NCBI RefSeq assembly: GCF_038025025.1
Contig: NW_027117343.1
Location: 1,116,001-1,180,000, forward strand
DNA from: Phyllosticta citribraziliensis
Taxonomy: Eukaryota
Reading direction: 5' to 3'
DNA length: 64,000 nt
Of this stretch, positions 57,320 to 64,000 are shown piece by piece; positions within the stretch are counted from its first letter, which is position 1; each line of letters opens with the position of its first letter. A program made the position numbers and the translations under genes. Below the pieces are notes generated by a model that worked only from the letters and a program-made list of their open reading frames with translations, was not told the origin of the DNA and did no database searches.

Positions 57320-59112
57320 TAGTTTACTATCTACCCTTATATAAATACTATTAATCTTGACTTCTACTCTCTAGTCTCTCCTTTTTACTACTTATTCCCT
57401 ACTATCCTCTTCTTTAATTTCTACCCTTTACTTCTTTCCTTTTCCCTTCTTCTTATTATAATAGTTATTATATAAGACCGTCTCCTCTAGATCCTCTAGC
57501 TTATTAGGCAGGATATTCTACTTAGCTAAAGCCTAATTAGTTTAATCCTCTAACCTAGCTTAGTAGTGCAAGTTCTAGAACTCCTCTATATAAATTTTGT
57601 CTTTATGCCTCTTATAATGAGCAGGCAGCTTGGCACCCTTTAAGTCACTTATAGTGTAGTTAAGGTTGCCTATACCCTAAAGGCAGTTAGCGCAGCAGCC
57701 CTATAAGAAACTAGGCAGGTAGTAACAACTAATAAACGCGCGAGTGTTAATATTATTACGACACTTAGTATAGCTAATAGGGTTATTAATTCTAGTGTAC
57801 TAGATAAGAAAAGCATCATATAAGCTGGCTTAAGTTTTAACTAATAAGTAGTTAAATTGCCAAGTAGAAACTATAATGTGTGAGTGAGGCATGCTATTAT
57901 CTAAGGCCAAGATGCGCTTAGTATGCTCTTGTACTTTAGAACTACTAAGGCGCGCCTATATAGTTAGTTAGATAAGAATCCCTTATATTAGTAAGATAAA
58001 CTTACTTACGCGACACTCTCTATATTCTTATAAGGGATATAAAGTATTAACTTAAAGTCCTACTTAATAGGCACCTTATTAGAGCCAACTAGTAACACTA
58101 TAATATGAATCTTACTGTCGCTGCTGTCGTGTAAAGTAGCAGGCAGCAAGTACTTAGCTACTAGAACCTAATAAGCTGTAGGATTATAATAATAGTATAT
58201 ATAAGTAGGCTCTTTACCTTCTTCCTCTAAAATAGGCTGCGCGACAGTAAACTAGCAGTAATATAGTGTAATAGGCTGGTTAGTAGCAGGCTATATAGCT
58301 ATAGATGACAAACCTCATATAATAACTAATAATACTAATTAAGTAGAACCTAATACTATAGTATACTATAGGTAAAGTAATAAGCCTATAGCTGTTCCTA
58401 GCTAAATAAGTAAAGCCTAGCCTAACTAAGTCTTTATATAAGTATCCTCCTCTATAATTATATTAGTTAGCAAGACGGGATAATAAAGCAGTAAAACCTA
58501 GATATATAATACTACTTAATAGCCTAGATAATAATTAGTAATAGTTAGAGATAGAATTAAAGTTTACTTACCTTAGGACTCTATATAATAGTCCTTATAG
58601 ATACTGCCAGCTAAAATAGCCCTCTAAGCGAGCGGTAACTATAACAGATCGCGAATAATGCTGCATAATAATAACTTAATACTGTAACTCTTATATAATA
58701 GTAATAAGTCCTAATAGACCAGACTATAATAAGTAGTAGACGTATTAAGTATATAGTAGCTAGGAATGTCTGCTTTACTATTAGTAGGGTATAAATTATT
58801 TAAATTATTAGAACCTTTATGCGTAATAGTCAGTTTACTAGATTATAGCTAAATTAGACTAGGATAACAATGTACTTTAATAGGGAGCTTTAGACATAGC
58901 TAAGTAAGATAGCAACCTTCTATAGGTCGCGCGGTAAAAGAGATAGTAATAGAAAGAGATGGTATAGTAGTAGACCTAGACTAATAATTATACTACACAT
59001 ATAGAACACTTAAATTACTAAATCACTACTATTATACATTACAAGTCTGCGCCTATATAAGCGCCTATAGCTACTAATTCCTACAATTTTAGCTTCTCTT
59101 TAGGGGGGGCAT
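57320..59112 (-). pseudogene. RIP-mutated antisense, intron-containing ORF of copy 1 (DUF3716-like six-Cys domain)
   Basis: Introns GTAAGT..CTAAC..TAG at 58571-58524 and 58005-57956. KCR..F.SC..LP..GCCANCL is readable directly at about 57770-57680. The 3' end is approximate. Confidence 0.65.
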
Positions 59113-59534
59113 ATTATAATAGGCATATATATACCTATATAAGTACTAGGGCCAGCATAGATAAACCTAGTATTATATAGTTATAAGAAGCATAAGCCTC
59201 ACCTTAGATAGCAGCCCACTACAGCTTAGGCTAAAACCCGCAGGCTAGTACCAGCTACTACAGCCTAGTACTAGCTACTACAGCCTTAGGAAGATACTAT
59301 ATAACAGCCTATTAATACCTTACCTTTATAACTTACCTAATAATAACTAAGGACCCTTATATAAAGGATAAGAGGTAGAACAGTATAAAGGAAGGACTAG
59401 GAAATATATAGGTAGTAAGTATCTTTTATATTTTATTCTTTTAACTTATTAGATTTAATTAAGACACATACATATTCTCTAGCAGTTTACCTTTAGCCCT
59501 TACCTATATAATAAGAAATCTATAAGTCATAACA
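59112..59534 (+). repeat. 3' LTR of copy 1
   Basis: Follows the PPT and ends ...gtcataaca; 423 bp. Confidence 0.95.
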
Positions 59535-60502
59535 AACTATAACTCTTATTATTAAAGTTCTTCTAGACTAATTTATTTAGATCTAAACTATAGACTATAA
59601 TATTACTATATCCTTCTTTTAAGGAGTAGCCTTAAAGTCTAAAATATAAAAGAGATAATATAAACCTTAACTAAATTAAGTACTTTAGATTTACTAGAGG
59701 TATTAACTTTTCCTTCTCTTTTTTACTTTCTATTTTAGAAAGAACTAACTATACTATTTTCCCCTAATTAGGACTATTCTTTAGTCCTTATATAGCTCTT
59801 TATATCCTAATATTAATAACTAACTTTTATCTATTAGTTCTTTTAGAATAAACCTTTATTTTAATTTATAAGAAGGGATATCCTCCTTTTTCTCTTCTTT
59901 AAACCTAAATTACCCTTTACTTATAAGTTATACTTTTAGGTCTTATAATAGCTTTATATATAACTATTATAATAATAATTTATTAGGAAATATAGTAAGA
60001 TTCCTAAGAGCCTAATAGTATACCTAATAAGTTAGGTACTAAGGGTAATATAAGGGTTTACCCCTAGATAGGTACTACTATAAATAGTAGAATTTAATCT
60101 ATTATAATAGTCCTTACTATCTATAATACCTAAGCTAGTTTCTCTCTTAGCTAGTAGGAACTAGTACTAAATAAGTAAAGATTCCTTTCTTACTAAGAAA
60201 CTTCTACCTTAAATATCTTTATAAGTACTAGTACTATAGACTTAAGAGCTATACTATTTAATAGGGCTTAGCCTATAGTACTTATATATAATATTAGGGG
60301 ATAAATAATCTACTTATTATCTTTATACTTTAGTATCTAATCTTAGGTAAAGACCTTATTTTTATATAGTACTTCTAGTAGATTTAAAACTATAGTATTT
60401 TAACCTAATAAGTCTTATCCTCTTATAAGTAGTAAGAGACCTATTAATAGTATTATAGTACCTAGTAGAGTAAATTAATATAGACTACTAATAATTAATA
60501 GG
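59535..60502. mobile_element. RIP-degraded spacer between the two inverted copies, probably host-repeat sequence in inverted orientation
   Basis: TpA-saturated; ends in atagg, the reverse complement of the cctat that precedes copy 1. Confidence 0.5.
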
Positions 60503-63500
60503 TATTACAACTTGCAGATTTCTTATTATATAAGTAAGGGCTAAAGGTAAACTGCTAGAGAATGTATATATATCTTAATTAAATCTAATAAGTTAAAAGA
60601 ATAAAATATAAAAGATACTTACTACCTATATATTTTCTAGTCCTTCCTTTATACTATTCTACCTCTCATCCTTTATATAAGGGTCCTTAGTTATCATTAG
60701 GTGAGTTATAAAGGTAAGGTGTTAATAGGCTGTTGCGTGGTATCTGCCTAGGGCTGTAGTAGCTGGTGCCAGGCTATAGTAGCTAGTACCAGCCTGTAGG
60801 TTTTAGCCTAAGCTACAGTGGGCTGCTACCTAAGGTAAGGCTTATGCTTCTTATAACTATATAATGCTAGGTTTATTTATACTAGCCCTAGTACTTATAT
60901 AGGTATATATATGCCTATCATAATATGCCCCCCCTAAAGAGAAGCTAAAATCATAGGAATTGGCAGCTACAGGCGCTTATATAGGCGCAGACTCGTAATA
61001 TATAATAGTAGTAATTTGGCAATTTAAGTATTCTATATATATAGTATAATTATTAGTCTAGGTCTACTACTACACTATCTCTTTCTATTACTATCTCTTT
61101 TACCGCGCAACCTATAGAAGGTCGCCATCTTACTTAGCCATATTTAAAGCTCCCTATTAAAGTATGTTATTATCCCGGTCTAATTTAGCTATAATCTAGT
61201 AAACTAACTATTATATATAAAGGTTCTAATAATTTAAATAATTTGTACCCTACTAATAGTAAAGTAGATATTCCTAGCTGCTATATACTTAATACGTCTG
61301 CTACTTATTATAGTCTAGTCTATTAGGACTTATTACTATCATATAAGAGTTATAGTATTAAGTTATTATTATATAGCATTATTTATAATCTGTTATAGTC
61401 GCCGCTTACTTAGAGGGCTATTTTAGCTAGCAGTATCTATAAGGACTATTATATAGAGTCCTAAGATAAGTAAACTTTAATTCTATCTCTAATTATTACT
61501 AATTATTATCTAGGCTATTAAGTAGTATTATACATCTAGGTTTTACTACTTTATCATCCCATCTTACTAACCAATATAATTATAGAGGAGGACACTTATA
61601 TAAAGACTTAGTTAGGCTAGGCTTTACTTATTTAGCTAGAAATAGCTACAGGCTTGTTACTTTACCTATAGCATACTATAGTATTAGGTTCTACTTAATT
61701 AGTATTATTAGTTATCGCGCAAGGTTCGTCATCTATAGCTATATAGCCTGCTACTAACTAGCCTATTATGCTGCATTACTACTAGTTTACTGTTGCGCAG
61801 CCTATTTTAGAGGAAGAAGGTAAAGAGCCTACTTATATATACTATTATTATAATCCTGCAGCTTATTAGGTTCTAGTAGCTAAGTACTTGCTGCCTGCTA
61901 CTTTACATAATAGCAGTAACAGTGAGATTTATATTATAGCGTTGCTGGTTAGCTCTAATAAGGCGCCTATTAAGTAGGACTTTAAGTTAATACTTTATAT
62001 CCCTTATAAGAATATAGAGAGTGTCGTGTAAGTAAGTTTATCTTACTAATATAAGGGATTCTTATCTAACTAACTATATAGGCGCGCCTTAGTAGTTCTA
62101 AAGTATAAGAGTATACTGAGCGCATCTTGGCCTTAGGTAACAGCATGCCTTACTTATATATCATGGTTTCTACTTAGCAATTTAACTACTTATTAGTTAA
62201 AACTTAAGCCAGCTTATATAATGCTTTTCTTATCTAGTACACTGAAATTAATAACCCTATTAGCTATACTAAGTATTATGATAATACTAATACTCGCGTA
62301 TTTATTAGTTATTACTACCTACCTGGTTTCTTATAGGGCCACTATACTAACTGCCTTTAGGGTATAGGCAACCTTAACTACACTATAAGTGACTTGAAAG
62401 GTGCCAAGCCGCCTGCTTATTATAAGAGGCATAAAGATGAAATTTATATAGAGGAGTTCTAGAACTTATACTACTAAGCTAGGTTAGAGGATTAAACTAA
62501 TTAGGCTTTAGCTAAGTAGGACATCCTGCCTAATAAGCTAAAGGATCTAGAGGAGACGGTCTTATATAATAACTATTATAATAAGAAGAAGGGAAAAGGA
62601 AAGAAGTAAAGGGTAGAAATTAAAGAAGAGGATAGTAGAGAATAAGTAGTAAAAAGGAGAGACTAGAGAGTAGAAGTTAAGATTAATAGTATTTATATAA
62701 GAGTAGATAGTAAACTAATTAGTCTACTTTCTATATCTTTATAATATTTACTATAGGCCTAAGTAACTTGTTTTATTATTACTTTCTATTTTAATCTATA
62801 GTTCTTCTTAGAGGAAGGCAGCCTTCTATTTTTCTAGATTTTTTAGTAGTCCTACTATAACAGGGTATAATGAGTAGAATTCTTTAATTTTCTATAGTGT
62901 ACTACTAAAAGAACTTGTATTATACTACTAGTCATCTTAGTTATATCTAGTCTATTTAACTTAGTATTAAAGCTTCCTATATAAGACTTAACTAGCTTAA
63001 ATATAGTCTACTTCCTACTTAGGCTTATCTTAAATAATCTTAGGTTTAGGTTTAGTATATTCCTAACTAGGAAGCTGTTCCATTTTGGCCTTATATAGCC
63101 TGTTAGTATAGAAAAGGTTAACTATCTTTATATATAAGGGAAGATTAAGGATGTAGGAGGGTCCTTCTATTCCTATAATCTTAAAAGGTCTAGTATTAGG
63201 GAAGTCTAATTTAAGGTTTAGCTAATTAGTAGACCATCTAGTTTTCTTAATATAGATATAATCTCTAACTATAAAGTCTAGCGCGTGACAGTATTTATTA
63301 GCTTATTAGTATATATACTCTTAGGATTTAAGAATAAGATTCTTTATAAATTTAAAAGCTTCTTATCTTCTCTTTTATAGCATTTATACTACTATATAAG
63401 CCATCTTTTCTAGTTACTAGGGGGTCTCTATTCTTTATTACTAGTTATAGTATATTTAAGGGGAATATCCTAACTTAATCTTAAAAGGTAAAAGTCTAGT

Positions 63501-64000
63501 AGCTTTATAGGGAAGTATTACTTGTGCGAGGTCTATTAATAGTAGAAGATCAGACTAATTATTTTAAAAGTAATTAATAAAAGGTCTTAATCTTTATATA
63601 AGATGCTAATTAATAATCTCCATAATACTATTAGTTTAAGAGTAGTAGGATGAGTTAAAATACTACTCTATACTAGTTAGCTTATATAGTTTATTTATAA
63701 ATGCTAAGATGAACTAAGGGCCTTAGTTAGATAGGATAGACTTAGGGTTTCTATAAATATAGTAGATATATTTATAAAAGAGTCTAGAGACTCCTTCAGC
63801 ATTAATCTTCTTTATATAAGGCAAGCTAAAGGTTCTTCAACTTAACTAGTCTATAATAACTAGAATTGTATTATAGCCTTTTTAGTCTTTAGGCATCTCT
63901 TTAAAATCTATAGCTAAGTGTTGCCAGGGTTAAGTAGGAATCTCTAGGGGTTATAGAAGGCCTAGGTCTTTATTATAAAACTCTTTTATTTAGTAATAAA
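60503..64000 (-). mobile_element. Second, inverted copy of the same chromovirus (3' LTR, extra-ORF region, chromodomain and part of integrase; runs off the window)
   Basis: Reverse complement of copy 1, with position sum 120037 at every landmark checked; 3' LTR 60503-60925, PPT complement ccccccct at 60928-60935. Confidence 0.95.
60925..62720 (+). pseudogene. RIP-mutated antisense, intron-containing ORF of copy 2 (DUF3716-like six-Cys domain)
   Basis: ATG CCC CCC at 60925; introns 61466-61513 and 62032-62081; Cys domain 62265-62381; KKKGKGKK near 62584-62606. The 3' end is approximate. Confidence 0.65.

Larger units (their letters stand above)
51295..59534 (+). mobile_element. Full-length RIP-inactivated Ty3/Gypsy chromovirus LTR retrotransposon, copy 1 (8240 bp)
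   Basis: Direct 423-bp LTRs and a PPT (aggggggg) at 59102-59109. De-RIPped motifs occur in the order Gag zinc knuckle CNHCGQFGHLWRQC (~53343-53384), protease ALADTGA (~53630), RT SPILVVKKP..GWRFCVDY and FVDDMLI (~54460-54830), RNase H ETDAS/DKELLA (~55250-55400), integrase MDFK/SDRGPQF/GPFKI (~56120-56860), chromodomain EWEVDHI..YQVKWTGY (~57015-57095). Confidence 0.95.

Overview
Intron-rich genomic DNA from a filamentous ascomycete (Pezizomycotina; the fungal type is inferred from GT..CTRAY..YAG introns, gene content and RIP). Bases 1 to ~50180 are GC-balanced and gene-dense. They carry a Cti6-like PHD protein, two conserved uncharacterised proteins, four tandem BTB/POZ genes (the third frameshifted), an arylsulfatase, SMC3, a secreted carboxylesterase, a Cdc11/AspA septin, an Hsv2-like PROPPIN, a fifth BTB gene, an acidic uncharacterised protein, ISD11 (its LYR-domain exon is missing from the ORF track), Prp21/SF3A1 and PMT1. 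From ~50180 to the end the DNA is AT-rich and RIP-mutated. It holds a complete 8240-bp Ty3/Gypsy chromovirus (423-bp LTRs) and the 3' part of a second, inverted copy. Aligning the two copies to undo RIP gives the most unusual signal: between pol and the 3' LTR lies an antisense gene with two canonical spliceosomal introns, an apparent ATG at the LTR/PPT junction, a six-Cys DUF3716-like domain and a basic NLS-like tail. The element also has a self-priming-type PBS, and its target-site duplication is swapped between the copies, which suggests an inversion by ectopic recombination. All splice models and RIP reconstructions were done by eye.
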